Shown: positions 46,973-58,910, counted from the first letter of the stretch. The stretch is DNA of 64,000 nt from Desulfatiglandales bacterium (GCA_963662465.1 OY759599.1:7488001-7552000), one strand, 5' to 3'. Notes: a model not told the origin generated them from the sequence alone. Made by a program: numbers and translations.

Positions 46973-49564
46973 TTGAACGAATCGCAGGCAAGGGTTGCGG
47001 CATTTCTGTCGGAAAGAAATGCCTTGGCCCAAAAAGGGCTTCAATCTGAATCGGGTCTTCGGTTTTCCCATCAATATGCCGATGTGATGGATCGGTTTGT
47101 TCGGGACCTTTTTTTAATGGCTGGATTTCCGCGGCAAAGCCGTTCCGATGGGGAAGGGGCTTTGGCGGTGGCGGCTTTGGGCGGCTATGGGCGGCGGGAA
47201 CTCTGCCTGGGTTCGGATGTGGACCTGATGGTGCTTCATCAGGGCGATCTGACCCCTCACATGAATCAGGTGATTCGTCATGCCCTTTACCCCTTATGGG
47301 ATGCCAAGGTGGAGGTGGGGTATTCCATTGTGACCTATCAGGAGTGCATCCGGCTGGCCATGGAGGATTTTCGAATGCTCACGTCCCTGGTGGACAGCCG
47401 TTTTTTGCTGGGAAGCCGGTCTTTCTACAGACTTTACCAGGAGGCTTTCTGGTCTCGCATGGCCCGTGAAAAAGGGTCGCTTTTGGGCAGGTTTCTGGTT
47501 TCAAGACGGGAACGGGCGGACCGGAACAAGGGAGAGGAATGTTTCGTGGAGCCGGATCTGAAAGAGGGACTGGGCGGTCTTCGGGACATTCATCTTATGG
47601 GCTGGATGGCCCGGATCTGGTTTGATTGCCGGCGCCTGGGCGAGATGAAGCGGTTTGGGGCCTTCAGCCATTTTGAGATACGGAAGTTGGGGATCAGCAG
47701 GAGTTTTCTCCTGAAGATTCGAAACCACCTTCACTGGCTGGCCCATCGCAAGGAAGATACCCTCGGACTTTCCTACCAGGATCAGATTGCGAATATTTTG
47801 GGGTACGGGGATGAACCCCATATCTCCGGCCCTGAAAGGCTTATGCGGGATGTGTATCTTCATTTGAACAGGATTCGCTACCGGCATGAGGAGTTTCAGG
47901 TAAAAATTCTGGATATGATTGATCCATCCCCCATTGAACCGATCCGGGAGGACCTTCCTTCGGAATTTCGGGTGCGAAAGGGGAATGTTGTTCTGGCGGA
48001 TGGGGTGTTGTCCGAAAAGGATCCCCTGGTGATCCTGCGGGGGTTCAAGGAAGCCAATGATCGGGGCCTTTTTCTGGGGTCCGGGTTTATCTGGGAGGCC
48101 AAGGAAATCATCAGCCGGAAAGGGAAAACCATTGCGCGGTCGGCTGAGGGAAAGGTCCTGTTCCTAGACATGATTCTGAAGCCCGAAAATCCGAAAATCA
48201 TACGACTGGCCCTTGAAATCGGGCTCATCGATCTCTTCACCCCGGAATTCAAAAAAATCAGGAACCTGCCCCAGTTCGGCTTTTATCACGAGATGACCGT
48301 GGACCTGCATTCTCTGAGGACTTTGGATGTGATCAGCGAAATTACAAAGGGGGTCTACGATGAAAAATGGTCTGTTTTCAGGTTCGTTTTCGAGGAAATA
48401 GAAAATCCCGACTGCCTTTTTCTGGCGGCCCTGCTGCACGATATCGGGAAAGGATACGGTGAAGATCATTGTGCCCGGGGCCCCCGACTCATCCCCGTGA
48501 TCCTGGCGCGATTGGGATTTGGGAAATCATGCGTTCAAATGGTATCATCTTTGATCCGGCATCACCTCCTGTTGCCAAGGGTGGCTCAGCGCAGGGATCT
48601 TCGGGATGAGAAAACCAGTGTGCAAACGGCCCAGACCGTTCAGGATCCGCAGTTACTGAAAATGCTTTTTCTACTGGCCGTTGCGGACAGTTTTGCCACC
48701 GGGCCCATGGCCCGGAGCGACTGGAAGATCATGCTCCTGGCGGAGCTGTTTCACAAGGTGCAGCGCATATTGGAGAGGGATAATCTGGCGTCGCCCGATG
48801 CCACCCAGAAGATTGAGGGCAGGAAAAAGCGCATTCGGGAAATCTTGCTGCGAGACTTTGAAGAAGACAAAGTCCGGCACCTCATCGATCAGGTTTCCTC
48901 CCGCTATCTTCTCAATACATCGCTTTCGGACATGGTGGTGCATTTTTCTCTGGCGTTGGATCTGGGCGACCTGAAGCACGCCTGGAAACTGGAAAAGCGG
49001 AAAGACGCTTCCGTCACCCGTGTCATTCAGGTGACCTACGACAAGCCCGGGTTGTTCAGCAAGATGGCGGGCGTCTTCACCCTGAACAACATGGCGGTAT
49101 TGTCCGCGAGCATCTTTACTTTGAAAAACGGCCTGGCGTTTGATACCTATGAGGTGACCAATCCGCTGGATGTTTACCTCGAAACGGAGAAATGGGCTAA
49201 AACGGAAAAAGACCTGTATGAAGCGCTGGATGATCGTCTTTTGCTGGATGGTTTGATAAAGGAGAAAAGGGACGCCAAAATGCCGGGGGTCTATGGAAGG
49301 CCGGTCAGGAAAAAGGTCGTCTTAAACAATGAAGAGAGCGATTTTTTTACCCTTATCGAAATTGAGTCCGGCGCCAGATTCGGCCTGCTTTATGACCTGG
49401 CATGCGTGATATTCAGCATGAACCTTGACATTCGAACGGCAAAGGTCAACAGTGACGGTGAAAAGGTGACCGGTGTTTTCTATGTGCGGGATTCGGTTGG
49501 GCAGAAGGTTTATGAGCCCGACATGATTTATGAAACCAAACAGCGTCTGATGGGGGTGCTGTGA
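46973..49564 (+). CDS. glnD: [Protein-PII] uridylyltransferase, copy 2 (start approximate)
   Basis: ALGGYGRREL..SDVDL, EPDLKEGLGGLRD, LLHDIGK, two ACT domains; directly after P-II. Confidence 0.9.
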   Translation: MNESQARVAAFLSERNALAQKGLQSESGLRFSHQYADVMDRFVRDLFLMAGFPRQSRSDGEGALAVAALGGYGRRELCLGSDVDLMVLHQGDLTPHMNQVIRHALYPLWDAKVEVGYSIVTYQECIRLAMEDFRMLTSLVDSRFLLGSRSFYRLYQEAFWSRMAREKGSLLGRFLVSRRERADRNKGEECFVEPDLKEGLGGLRDIHLMGWMARIWFDCRRLGEMKRFGAFSHFEIRKLGISRSFLLKIRNHLHWLAHRKEDTLGLSYQDQIANILGYGDEPHISGPERLMRDVYLHLNRIRYRHEEFQVKILDMIDPSPIEPIREDLPSEFRVRKGNVVLADGVLSEKDPLVILRGFKEANDRGLFLGSGFIWEAKEIISRKGKTIARSAEGKVLFLDMILKPENPKIIRLALEIGLIDLFTPEFKKIRNLPQFGFYHEMTVDLHSLRTLDVISEITKGVYDEKWSVFRFVFEEIENPDCLFLAALLHDIGKGYGEDHCARGPRLIPVILARLGFGKSCVQMVSSLIRHHLLLPRVAQRRDLRDEKTSVQTAQTVQDPQLLKMLFLLAVADSFATGPMARSDWKIMLLAELFHKVQRILERDNLASPDATQKIEGRKKRIREILLRDFEEDKVRHLIDQVSSRYLLNTSLSDMVVHFSLALDLGDLKHAWKLEKRKDASVTRVIQVTYDKPGLFSKMAGVFTLNNMAVLSASIFTLKNGLAFDTYEVTNPLDVYLETEKWAKTEKDLYEALDDRLLLDGLIKEKRDAKMPGVYGRPVRKKVVLNNEESDFFTLIEIESGARFGLLYDLACVIFSMNLDIRTAKVNSDGEKVTGVFYVRDSVGQKVYEPDMIYETKQRLMGVL

Positions 49565-49637
49565 TGAGGAATCATTTTGCTATGCTGCAACGACTATACG
49601 TACACAACTTACTTCAGATACAAAAATATCTTCATTG

Positions 49638-49703
49638 AACTTGTACAGATAAATTAACAAGTTCAAGAGTGTTTATGATGCTTGTACGATAAATAATACA
49701 AGT
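49638..49703. promoter_or_regulatory. Probable YefM operator palindromes
   Basis: AACTTGT...ACAAGTT (49638-49663) and CTTGTA...TACAAG (49681-49702) upstream of the antitoxin. Confidence 0.55.
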
Positions 49704-49715
49704 TTGGAGGATATT

Positions 49716-49970
49716 ATGAGAATTATCAATTTTAGCGAAGCAAGAAGCAATTTAAAGTCTGTTTTAGATCAAGTCATAGATGATGCTGACTATACAATAA
49801 TAACCCGCAGTGATTCAGAAGATGCCATTGTTATGTCATTAGAGACCTTCAATAGTTATATGGAGACTTTCTGTCTATTGCGGTCACCCGCTAATGCTGC
49901 CCATCTTATAAAATCTATGGAGCAGTATAAAAATGGAAGCGTCCAAGAAAGAGAACTAATAAATGAGTAG
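49716..49970 (+). CDS. yefM: YefM/Phd antitoxin
   Basis: MRIINFSEARSNLKSVLD, ETFCLLRSPANAAHL; GGAGG RBS. Confidence 0.92.
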   Translation: MRIINFSEARSNLKSVLDQVIDDADYTIITRSDSEDAIVMSLETFNSYMETFCLLRSPANAAHLIKSMEQYKNGSVQERELINE

Positions 49971-50040
49971 AAAATTAGCTTGGACTGATGAAGCATGGAA
50001 GGGATACATTTATTGGCAATCACAAGATAAAAAAACACTT
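49963..50040 (+). pseudogene. yoeB: YoeB/Txe toxin, N-terminal 26 aa only
   Basis: MSRKLAWTDEAWKGYIYWQSQDKKTL, then homology is lost. Confidence 0.85.
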
Positions 50041-50050
50041 TTTCTCTCTA

Positions 50051-50130
50051 TCCGTCTGATCCGGATGACATTGCCTTTCTTCTTTGTGCGGAAAACGGAA
50101 ATGCGGATACTATTTTAAGCTATGATCCGC
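50051..50130 (+). pseudogene. PIN-domain toxin internal fragment
   Basis: DPDDIAFLLCAENGNADTILSYD resembles the PIN_3-type DPDD..FL.CA....AD.I.S.D motif. Confidence 0.6.
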
Positions 50131-50143
50131 CAGGTACTGGCTA

Positions 50144-50320
50144 ATGAATAGCAAAGAATTCAAACGCTGGTTAACGAAACAGGGAGCTGCCTTTCAACCT
50201 GGCAGGGGATCTCATCTGAAGGTATTTCTGAATGGTCGCTAGTCTGTTTTACCCATGCACAATATCGAGTTGAAGAAAGGCACGGTGAGTGCGATCAAGA
50301 AACGATTAGGTTTGAAGTAG
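50144..50320 (+). pseudogene. hicA: HicA toxin with an in-frame TAG
   Basis: MNSKEFKRWL..QG...GRGSHLKV..NGR*SVLPMH..EL.KGTV.AIKK.LGLK; stop at 50240-50242. Confidence 0.88.
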
Positions 50321-50329
50321 GAGGCTGTT

Positions 50330-50749
50330 ATGTGGGATTATCCGGTTGAGTTGACCTCAGATAAAGAGGATGGAGGGTTTGTGGTGACTTTCCCTGATGT
50401 GCCGGAGGCAATTACTCAAGGCGAAAATAAGGAAGAAGCATTGTTATATGCCCGTGATGCGCTTGAGACGGCACTCTCAATGTATGTTGATGGCCACCGT
50501 GACTTGCCTGTTCCAAGCCTTGCAGATGGTCGTGATGTGGTACGTCCTAATGCTTTGGAGTGTGCCAAGCTTGATATCTATTCTGCTATGCGAGCGCAAG
50601 GTGTCATCAAAGCGGAGCTTGCGAGGCGTTTGCATTGGCATGTGCCGCAGGTGGATCAATTGTTGGACCTTAGCCATGCCTCTAAGTTGTCCCAAATTGA
50701 ACAGGCTGCGGCATCGCTTGGTAAACGTGTCGAAATGAGTGTTGTTTAA
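50330..50749 (+). CDS. hicB: HicB antitoxin
   Basis: FVVTFPDVPEAITQG...EAL..A.DAL and C-terminal HTH KAELARRL. Confidence 0.92.
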   Translation: MWDYPVELTSDKEDGGFVVTFPDVPEAITQGENKEEALLYARDALETALSMYVDGHRDLPVPSLADGRDVVRPNALECAKLDIYSAMRAQGVIKAELARRLHWHVPQVDQLLDLSHASKLSQIEQAAASLGKRVEMSVV

Positions 50750-50830
50750 TCTCGAATGAATAAAGATCTTTATAACGCAATTACAGATAACGAATCAGGG
50801 ATTTAGCATGGCTAAAGAAATATTGGTAAC

Positions 50831-50973
50831 AGGGCTGCTCAATGATGGGAATCTTCAGGTTCGGATTTGTGGGGAGAGCACTGGAAACCGGTGTTTTTAT
50901 CCGGAACCAAACGCCTGAATGTCATGCAGTTCCGGCGGGGTAAGGCCGAGGCGATGGTGAACTTATCGATATG
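50831..50973 (+). mobile_element. Degenerate group II intron 3' end (DV/DVI-like) followed by an attC-like right half
   Basis: ATGATGGGAATCTTCAGGTTCGGATTTGTGGGGAGAG-CACTGG-AAA-CCGGTG-TTTTTATCCGGAA; GGTGAACTTATCGATATG downstream. Confidence 0.4.
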
Positions 50974-51012
50974 TTTTTCACGGCAAAGCCGCTTTCTGAC
51001 AAAGGGGAAAAT

Positions 51013-51225
51013 ATGAATTTTAATATCAAAGAAATGTCAGCAGAAGAAAAAATGCGGACGATGGAACTGTTATGGGATGATTTTTGCGGTAGACAGCCGG
51101 ATTTCAAGTCACCGGATTGGCATGAAAACATTTTGAACGAAAGAGAAAAAAGATATAAAGAAGGAAAAGATAAATTGCTCGATTGGGAGCAGGCTAAAAA
51201 AGAGATTTGGGAATCGGTATTGTGA
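51013..51225 (+). CDS. Addiction-module antitoxin (TIGR02574-like)
   Basis: MS.EEK...MELLWDD, SPDWH..IL.ER, DWEQAK. Confidence 0.85.
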   Translation: MNFNIKEMSAEEKMRTMELLWDDFCGRQPDFKSPDWHENILNEREKRYKEGKDKLLDWEQAKKEIWESVL

Positions 51226-51515
51226 AAATCAGAATACTTGAATCAGCAAAAAGGGATCTGAAAGAGGGATTTTATTTCTATGAGAGTCAGAAACAGGGGC
51301 TCGGACATTATTTCATAGAAACACTTTTGTCAGATATTGAGTCTCTCAGAATTTTTGCTGGTATTCACAGTATTCATTTCGGCAAATATTATCGTCTCCT
51401 TTCAAAAAGATTTCCCTTTGCGGTATATTACGTTATTGAAGACAATGAGGTCAGAATTTACGCTGTTATTGATTGTCGAAGATCCCCTGCATGGATAAGA
51501 CAAAAATTGCAATAA
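51222..51515 (+). CDS. RelE/ParE-family toxin
   Basis: A.RDL..G..FYE.Q..GLG.YF, KRFPFAVYY, AVIDCRR.P; GTGA overlap with the antitoxin. Confidence 0.88.
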   Translation: MKIRILESAKRDLKEGFYFYESQKQGLGHYFIETLLSDIESLRIFAGIHSIHFGKYYRLLSKRFPFAVYYVIEDNEVRIYAVIDCRRSPAWIRQKLQ

Positions 51516-51739
51516 AATAAAGCAAAAAGGAAGTCGTCAAGGGGGCTGTAAACGATATAGGGAAATTTGAACTGCGCTTATCCCCGGAAGGCCATCGAGC
51601 TGTTGCCCTTGCTGCTCAAATAGCCAACCAGAGTTTCAATACGTGGGCAGCAAAACATTTGGTCAAAAGCGCCGAACAGGAGTTTCAAAAGATTTAAAGA
51701 TCGCAAAACGACAAATAATAGAGAAACAAGCGTATCATT

Positions 51740-54700
51740 ATGGATAACGATTTTAAAAAATTAGGCGGATACCCCCGCCCCCAGGGGCTTTACAGTGGTC
51801 GACATGAGCACGACAGTTGCGGGGTGGGGTTCGTGGCCAATATTGACGGCGCCAAAGATCACGCGGTCATCCTGAACGGACTTCGGATACTCAAAAACCT
51901 GATGCATCGGGGCGCCGTGGGGGGAGATCAGACCACCGGCGACGGCGCGGGCATCCTGTTTCAGTTACCGGATGCATTCTTTAGAAAGGTGTGTGGGGAA
52001 TTGGGCATCCCACTGCCCCCGACCGGTCAATACGGGGTGGGCATGGTGTTTCTGCCCCAAAACCTTGCAGCACGAAAAAAATGGGCTCGGGAAATTGAAA
52101 AGGCCGTTTCCCTGGAAGACTTGAGGATTTCAGGCTGGCGGGATGTTCCGGTGGACGGCAGCGTCATTGCAGGCCAGGCCAAAGACCAGCAACCCTGGAT
52201 CAGCCAGTGTTTTGTGGATGGCGAAGGGCTTTCCGGGGCGGACCTGGAACGAAAACTCTACCTGATTCGCAAAGTAATCGAAAAACGGGCGAGGGAATGC
52301 GCCGAGTCTGAAGAGACGTGCTATCTGCCCAGCATGAGCTGCCGGACCATTGTGTATAAGGGTTTATTTACCGCCACGCAGCTGGCCGGGTTCTATCCGG
52401 ACTTGAAGGATCCCGAAATGGTAAGCGCCATGGCCGTGGTGCATCAGCGATACAGCACCAATACTTTTCCGTCCTGGGAACTGGCCCAGCCCTTTCGCTA
52501 TTTGGCCCACAACGGAGAAATCAACACCCTCAGGGGAAACCTGAACCTGATCCGGTCTCGGGAGCAATCCCTGGAAAGCGCGTTTTTCGGCGTCAAGATC
52601 AAGCAGCTGCTGCCCGTCATCGATGAGCGGGGAAGCGACTCCGCCTGTTTGGACAACGCTCTGGAACTCCTGGCCTGTGCCGGTCGCTCATTGTCTCACG
52701 CCATGCTCATGTTGATTCCCGAAGCCTGGGGGGTCAAATACCCCATGGGTCCGGATCAGCGGGGGTTTTTTGAATATCATGCCGGTCTCATGGAACCCTG
52801 GGATGGACCGGCGGCGGTGGCGTTTTCGGACGGAAGTCAGGTGGGCGCCATGCTGGACCGAAACGGTCTCAGACCGGGCCGATTCACCATCACCCGGCAG
52901 GGGGTGATGGCCTTTGCGTCGGAAGCGGGTGTTCTGGATTTTGCGCCTGAAGACATGGTGGAGACGGGGGCGCTGGGGCCCGGCCAGATGATCCTGGTGG
53001 ATTTTGAAAAACAACGGGTTCTGAAGAACGGCGAAATCAAGACCCTGAATGCCCGGCGGCAACCCTACCGTCGTTGGGTGGATGAAAACCGGATCAGCCT
53101 GAGGGGATTTTACGGCGAGGTGGCTTCCATCAAGCCGAATCTGGCGCAATTGCCTTTTCTGCAGAAGCTGTTTGGTTATACCCGTGAAGACCTTCAGATG
53201 ATTATGGCCCCCATGGCGTCCACGGGTCTGGAACCTGTGGGGTCCATGGGGGCGGATACGCCCCTGGCCGTGTTTTCCGAAAAGAACCAGTTGCTGTTCG
53301 GGTATTTCAAGCAGCTCTTTGCCCAGGTGACCAATCCTCCCATTGATCCGGTTCGGGAGGAACTGGTCATGAGCCTCATGACCTTCATCGGGAATCCGGG
53401 AAATATCCTGGCGGAAAGCCCCCGGGGCAGCCGATTGATCAAACTGCTTCATCCCATACTCACCAACGAGGATCTGGTCCGGTTGAGGGATCTGAATGTG
53501 GCGGGGTTTCGCGCTGAAACGGTTAAAATGGGGTTTCCCGTCAAAGGGGGCGGCGTCATGCTGGAAACGGCCCTGGAGCGCATCTGCCGGGAGAGTGAAG
53601 CGGCCATTTTGAAGGGCCGCTCGCTGATTATCCTGAGCGACCGGGATTTGCCGGAAGACATGGCCCCCATTCCCTCCCTTCTGGCGGTGGCAGCCGTTAA
53701 CCGGCGTCTGGTCGAGCGGGGGATCAGAACCTCGGTGGGCATCCTTTTAGAGACCGGCGAAGCCCGGGAAGTGATGCACATGGCGCTGCTTCTGGGATAC
53801 GGGGCCACGGCCGTCAATCCCTATCTGGCCTTTGAAATTGTGGCGGCCATGGCGGGTCGAAAGGAATTGAGTCGGGAATTGAGCCTTGCCGTGAGCATCG
53901 AAAATTACATCAAGGCCCTGTGCAAGGGCCTGCTCAAGATCATGAGTAAAATGGGCATTTCAACCCTCAGAAGTTATCGTAGCGCCCAGGTGTTTGAAGC
54001 GGTGGGCATTAACACGCGCGTGATAGACCGGTATTTTGTGGGAACCGATTCCCGTGTGGAAGGGATCGGACTGGATGAGATTGCAAAAGAGGCCATTGAC
54101 CGGCGCCGTTCGGCCCACAACGAGGCCCCCGACGCACCGAAAATTCTTCCCAGCGGCGGTCATTTCCGATTGCGCGTGGACGGGGAGCGTCATCTTTGGA
54201 CGCCGGATGCCATCAACCATCTTCAGCGGGCCGTCAGGGAAAATAACGCGGATTTGTACGCCCATTATGCACGGGAAATCAATGATCAGTCTAAAAGACT
54301 GTCCACTTTGAGGGGCATGTTTGCCTTTCGCAAAACTGAGTCCGTGCCCCTGGCGGAAGTGGAGTCGGCATCGAAAATTCTCGAACGGTTTGTCACCGGC
54401 GCCATGAGCTTTGGTTCCATCAGCCGAGAGGCCCACGAGACCATTGCCATTGCCATGAATCGTTTGAAGGCCGGAAGCAACAGCGGCGAGGGGGGGGAGG
54501 ACCCGGCCCGTTATGAACCGCTTCCCAATGGCGACAGCCGGTCCAGCGCCATCAAACAGGTGGCCAGCGGGCGATTCGGCGTCACCGCCGAGTACCTGGT
54601 AAACGCTCGCGAGATTCAGATCAAGATTGCCCAGGGCGCCAAACCGGGTGAAGGCGGCCAGCTGCCGGGTCACAAGGTGAATCTGGAGATCGCACGGGTT

Positions 54701-56293
54701 CGTTATTCCACCCCGGGCGTCACCTTGATTTCTCCGCCTCCCCACCACGACATCTATTCCATCGAGGACTTGAGCCAGCTGATTTTTGATTTGAAAAATG
54801 TGAACCCTGAAGCCCGGGTGTCCGTCAAACTGGTGTCGGAGGTGGGTGTGGGCACCATTGCCGCGGGCGTGGCCAAGGCCCATGCGGACATGGTCCTCAT
54901 CAGCGGATACGACGGGGGAACCGGCGCATCGCCCCTGTCCTCCATCCGCCATGCGGGAGCGCCATGGGAGCTGGGACTTTCCGAGACCCAGCAGACCCTG
55001 ATGCTGAACGGGTTAAGAAGCCGGATCCGGGTGCAGGCGGATGGACAGATGAAAACCGGCAGAGATGTGGTGGTGGCGGCTCTTCTGGGGGCCGAGGAAT
55101 ACGGATTTGCCACTGCGGCTCTGGTGGTCCTGGGGTGCGTCATGGTGCGAAAGTGCAACAATAACCGCTGTCCCGTGGGGATTGCGACCCAGGATGAGGC
55201 GCTTCGAAAACGGTTTGCGGGCAAACCGGAGCATCTGGAAAATTTCTTCACCCTGCTGGCGGAAGAGGTTCGCGGGTACATGGCCACCTTAGGTTTCAGA
55301 AAAATGGAGGATATGATTGGACGCTCCGATCTTCTGGAAATGTCCCGGGCCATTGCTTTCTGGAAAGCCGGAGGGCTTGATTTCTCAAAAATTTTCTATT
55401 TCCCCGAGGGCCATGAGGGGTTTCCCAGACGTTGCACCGAGGCTCAGGAACACCCCATTACGAATGTGCTGGATCATGAACTGATGGTGCGATGCCGAAA
55501 AGCACTCGACCATGGGGAAAAGGTGACCCTTTCCCTGCCCATTCGAAATGTGAACCGGACCGTCGGCGCCATGCTGAGTGGTGAAGTGGCCCGGGTCTAC
55601 GGCAACCGGGGGTTGCCCCCGGATACCATCACCTGCCGGTTTCAAGGGGCCGCGGGGCAGAGTTTCGGCGCATTCGGGGCCCGGGGCATCACCCTGGTGC
55701 TGGAAGGGGAAGCCAACGATTATCTGGGCAAGGGCCTGTCCGGCGGAAAGATCATCGTCAAACCTTATCCGGGTGCAACCTTCGATCCATCCGAGAATGT
55801 GATTGTGGGAAATGTACTGCTCTACGGGGCTTCCGCCGGCGAAGTGTACTTTCACGGCAAGGCGGGCCAACGGTTTGCCATTCGGAACAGCGGCGCCATG
55901 GCGGTGGTTGAAGGGGTGGGGGATCATGGTTGCGAATATATGACCGGCGGTCGGGTGGTGGTACTCGGAGATACGGGCCTTAACTTTGCCGCCGGCATGA
56001 GCGGCGGCATCGCCTATGTGTATGATCCCGGTCGTCAGTTTGACCTTCGGTGCAACCTGGACATGGTGGACCTGGAACTCCTGGTGGAGCCGGAGGATAT
56101 CGCGGAACTCAAAAATTTGATTACCCGGCATGTGGATTACACCGGAAGCCCCAAGGCGCGAACCATCCTGGAGAACTGGGAAGCCAGTCTGCCTTTTTTT
56201 GTCAAGGTTTTTCCCATGGAATACCGGCGGGTCCTTGGCCGGATGAGTAAGGAAGACGAGGCCACGGAGCGGGAAGAGGTGCAGCATGGGTAA
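51740..56293 (+). CDS. gltB: Glutamate synthase large subunit
   Basis: [47 protein letters not shown] domain; 1517 aa. Confidence 0.97.
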   Translation: MDNDFKKLGGYPRPQGLYSGRHEHDSCGVGFVANIDGAKDHAVILNGLRILKNLMHRGAVGGDQTTGDGAGILFQLPDAFFRKVCGELGIPLPPTGQYGVGMVFLPQNLAARKKWAREIEKAVSLEDLRISGWRDVPVDGSVIAGQAKDQQPWISQCFVDGEGLSGADLERKLYLIRKVIEKRARECAESEETCYLPSMSCRTIVYKGLFTATQLAGFYPDLKDPEMVSAMAVVHQRYSTNTFPSWELAQPFRYLAHNGEINTLRGNLNLIRSREQSLESAFFGVKIKQLLPVIDERGSDSACLDNALELLACAGRSLSHAMLMLIPEAWGVKYPMGPDQRGFFEYHAGLMEPWDGPAAVAFSDGSQVGAMLDRNGLRPGRFTITRQGVMAFASEAGVLDFAPEDMVETGALGPGQMILVDFEKQRVLKNGEIKTLNARRQPYRRWVDENRISLRGFYGEVASIKPNLAQLPFLQKLFGYTREDLQMIMAPMASTGLEPVGSMGADTPLAVFSEKNQLLFGYFKQLFAQVTNPPIDPVREELVMSLMTFIGNPGNILAESPRGSRLIKLLHPILTNEDLVRLRDLNVAGFRAETVKMGFPVKGGGVMLETALERICRESEAAILKGRSLIILSDRDLPEDMAPIPSLLAVAAVNRRLVERGIRTSVGILLETGEAREVMHMALLLGYGATAVNPYLAFEIVAAMAGRKELSRELSLAVSIENYIKALCKGLLKIMSKMGISTLRSYRSAQVFEAVGINTRVIDRYFVGTDSRVEGIGLDEIAKEAIDRRRSAHNEAPDAPKILPSGGHFRLRVDGERHLWTPDAINHLQRAVRENNADLYAHYAREINDQSKRLSTLRGMFAFRKTESVPLAEVESASKILERFVTGAMSFGSISREAHETIAIAMNRLKAGSNSGEGGEDPARYEPLPNGDSRSSAIKQVASGRFGVTAEYLVNAREIQIKIAQGAKPGEGGQLPGHKVNLEIARVRYSTPGVTLISPPPHHDIYSIEDLSQLIFDLKNVNPEARVSVKLVSEVGVGTIAAGVAKAHADMVLISGYDGGTGASPLSSIRHAGAPWELGLSETQQTLMLNGLRSRIRVQADGQMKTGRDVVVAALLGAEEYGFATAALVVLGCVMVRKCNNNRCPVGIATQDEALRKRFAGKPEHLENFFTLLAEEVRGYMATLGFRKMEDMIGRSDLLEMSRAIAFWKAGGLDFSKIFYFPEGHEGFPRRCTEAQEHPITNVLDHELMVRCRKALDHGEKVTLSLPIRNVNRTVGAMLSGEVARVYGNRGLPPDTITCRFQGAAGQSFGAFGARGITLVLEGEANDYLGKGLSGGKIIVKPYPGATFDPSENVIVGNVLLYGASAGEVYFHGKAGQRFAIRNSGAMAVVEGVGDHGCEYMTGGRVVVLGDTGLNFAAGMSGGIAYVYDPGRQFDLRCNLDMVDLELLVEPEDIAELKNLITRHVDYTGSPKARTILENWEASLPFFVKVFPMEYRRVLGRMSKEDEATEREEVQHG

Positions 56294-57722
56294 TTCAGAG
56301 TTTGTTGAAGCGGCACGAAAAGATCCGGGATATCGGCCCGTGGTGGAAAGGTTGGGGGATTACGAGGCGGTTGAGAAGCAGTTGCATGATCGGGATGTGA
56401 TGATCCAGGCCGGGCGCTGCATGGGGTGCGGTACGCCCTTCTGTCACGCCTACGGATGCCCGCTTTCCAATGTGATTCCCGAATTCAACGATTATCTTCA
56501 TCGGGGCTTGTGGAAGGAAGCACTGGAGATTCTTTTGAGTACCAACAATTTTCCCGAGTTCACGGGGCGGTTATGCCCGGCTCCCTGCGAGGCTGCATGC
56601 GTAGACGGCATTCACGGGGATCCCGTGACCATCCGGCAGATTGAGCTGGCGCTGGTGGAAAAGGGATACCTGAACGGCTATTTATCGTCGTCTCCTCCGA
56701 AAAAGCGTTACCCTGAAAAAGTGGCGGTGGTGGGGTCCGGCCCTGGGGGCCTGGCGGTTGCCGATACCCTCAACAAGGCCGGCATTACCGTGACGGTGTT
56801 TGAAAGCGCCGAACATCCGGGGGGGATTCTTCGCTACGGCATTCCCGATTTCAAGCTGGAAAAATGGGTGGTGGCTCGCCGCATTGCCTTGATGAAAGAA
56901 GAAGGGGTTAAATTTGAAACGGGCGTGGTGGTGGGGGAAGACCTTTCCTACCGGTTTTTAAAGCAACGGTTCGGTGCTTTGTGTCTGGCTTGCGGCGCCG
57001 GAAAACCTCGGGATCTGAATATTTCCGGTCGAAATCTAGCCGGTATCCATTTTGCCATGGATTATCTGTGTGGTCAGAACCGAAGGCTTTCGGGAGAGGC
57101 GGTTGTCCCTTCGGAGAGGATTCATGCGAAAGGAAAATCCGTGCTGGTCATCGGCGGCGGGGATACCGGATCCGATTGTGTGGCCACGGCCTTGCGCCAG
57201 GGGGCGAAAAGGGTTTTGCAGTTTGAGATTCTGCCCAGGCCTTCCGAAACCCGCCCTGCTTCAACCCCCTGGCCCATGTGGCCTCAGGTCCTGCGCACAA
57301 CCCATGCCCATCAGGAAGGGGGAGAGCGCCGGTGGGCCGTGATGACCCGGGAATTTATGGGAGAAAAGGGTACGCTCACGGGGGTGAGATGCGTGGAAGT
57401 GGAATGGGCGGCCGGCGCCGATGGTCGCTTGACGGGACCCAGGGAAAAACCCGGAACCGGGTTTGAACAGGCCGTGGACCTGGTCATCCTGGCCATGGGG
57501 TTTACGGGCCCCACTCAAAATCGGATGGTTGATGATCTGGGAATTCAATTCAATGATCGCGGTCATATCGGCAGCGACAGTCGCGGCATGACCAGTGTCG
57601 AAGGGATTTTCGTGGCCGGGGACATGGGCCTGGGTCAGTCCCTGGTGGTCAGGGCCATCGCCGACGGCAGAAAGACGGCCCATGGCATCATGGCATTTCT
57701 GGAAGGAAATAAGCGTTTATGA
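56286..57722 (+). CDS. gltD: Glutamate synthase small subunit
   Basis: RCMGCG.PFC...[34 protein letters not shown]...QSLVV.AI. Confidence 0.96.
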   Translation: MGNSEFVEAARKDPGYRPVVERLGDYEAVEKQLHDRDVMIQAGRCMGCGTPFCHAYGCPLSNVIPEFNDYLHRGLWKEALEILLSTNNFPEFTGRLCPAPCEAACVDGIHGDPVTIRQIELALVEKGYLNGYLSSSPPKKRYPEKVAVVGSGPGGLAVADTLNKAGITVTVFESAEHPGGILRYGIPDFKLEKWVVARRIALMKEEGVKFETGVVVGEDLSYRFLKQRFGALCLACGAGKPRDLNISGRNLAGIHFAMDYLCGQNRRLSGEAVVPSERIHAKGKSVLVIGGGDTGSDCVATALRQGAKRVLQFEILPRPSETRPASTPWPMWPQVLRTTHAHQEGGERRWAVMTREFMGEKGTLTGVRCVEVEWAAGADGRLTGPREKPGTGFEQAVDLVILAMGFTGPTQNRMVDDLGIQFNDRGHIGSDSRGMTSVEGIFVAGDMGLGQSLVVRAIADGRKTAHGIMAFLEGNKRL

Positions 57723-58858
57723 AAGCGATACTCGCATTGGAAGACGGAACGTTATTTACAGGTCGCTCCTTTACAGGCCACTGTGAAACCGAAGGGGAAG
57801 TGGTGTTTAACACCAGCATGACGGGTTATCAGGAGATCCTGACGGATCCCTCCTACTGTGGTCAGATGGTGACCATGACCTATCCCCTGATTGGCAACTA
57901 TGGGGTCAATGAAGCGGATGTGGAATCGGATTGCATTCAGGTCAAAGCCCTCGTGGTCAAAGAATACCAGCCTTACCCCAGCAATTTCAGGTCGGAGAAA
58001 AGCCTTGGGGATTATTTGGAAGAAAGCGGCATTCCCGGGATTGAGGGGATTGATACCCGGGCCCTCACAAGGCATATCCGTCTTTCCGGGGCCATGCGGG
58101 GGGTGCTGTCCACCCGTGACCTGGATCCGGTGTCCCTGGTTCGGAAGGCGAAACAGTCGCCCCTGATGACGGGCCGGGACCTGGTTCAGGAGGTGTCTTG
58201 CCCGGAACCGCTTTTGTGGCGGGATGGATGTCCCATGCCGGTTCCGGGAGGGCTTGCAAAGTTCACCTGGCCCGAGAAAAATGGCGCTTTTCGCGTGGTG
58301 GCCATGGATTTCGGTATCAAATACAATATCCTTCGAGCCCTGGAAACGCGGGGATGCCATGTGCTGCTGGTTCCGGCAAGGACCGATGCGGCCGCCATCG
58401 ACCGGCTGAATCCCGACGGTCTTTTCCTGAGCAACGGTCCGGGAGACCCAGCCGCCGTTGACTACGGCATTGAGACCATTCGACAACAGATCGGTCGTCG
58501 TCCCATTTTCGGCATCTGCCTGGGTCATCAGTTGCTGGGGTTGGCCCTGGGGGGCAAGTCCTTTAAACTCAAATTCGGTCATCGGGGCGGCAACCAGCCC
58601 GTGAAGGACCTGAAAACGGGTAAAGTGGAAATCACTTCCCAGAATCACGGGTTCTGCGTGGATCATGATACCCTGAAAGATCCGGACATCGAGACCAGTC
58701 ATCTGAACCTGAATGACAACACCCTGGAAGGCATGGTCCACAAAAAACACCCCCTTTTCTCGGTTCAGTATCACCCGGAGGCATCCCCCGGTCCCCACGA
58801 TGCCGCGCACCTCTTTGACCGGTTTATCGAAATGATGAAGGGGCGCGGGAGCGAATAA
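57719..58858 (+). CDS. carA: Carbamoyl-phosphate synthase small subunit
   Basis: GEVVFNTSMTGYQE, LSNGPGDP, GICLGHQ, QYHPE. Confidence 0.97.
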   Translation: MKAILALEDGTLFTGRSFTGHCETEGEVVFNTSMTGYQEILTDPSYCGQMVTMTYPLIGNYGVNEADVESDCIQVKALVVKEYQPYPSNFRSEKSLGDYLEESGIPGIEGIDTRALTRHIRLSGAMRGVLSTRDLDPVSLVRKAKQSPLMTGRDLVQEVSCPEPLLWRDGCPMPVPGGLAKFTWPEKNGAFRVVAMDFGIKYNILRALETRGCHVLLVPARTDAAAIDRLNPDGLFLSNGPGDPAAVDYGIETIRQQIGRRPIFGICLGHQLLGLALGGKSFKLKFGHRGGNQPVKDLKTGKVEITSQNHGFCVDHDTLKDPDIETSHLNLNDNTLEGMVHKKHPLFSVQYHPEASPGPHDAAHLFDRFIEMMKGRGSE

Positions 58859-58873
58859 TAATTTACCCCTGCA

Positions 58874-58908
58874 CTTAAAACTTAAAACTTAAAACTTAAA
58901 ACGTGAAA
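58874..58908. repeat. Heptamer tandem repeat CTTAAAA x4-5 between carA and carB
   Basis: Read directly from sequence. Confidence 0.9.
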
Positions 58909-58910
58909 CT

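Noticed and set aside
50240..50242. In-frame TAG in hicA as pyrrolysine or readthrough
   Set aside because: A single CAG-to-TAG change explains it, neighbouring toxins are also broken, and no pyl genes are in the window
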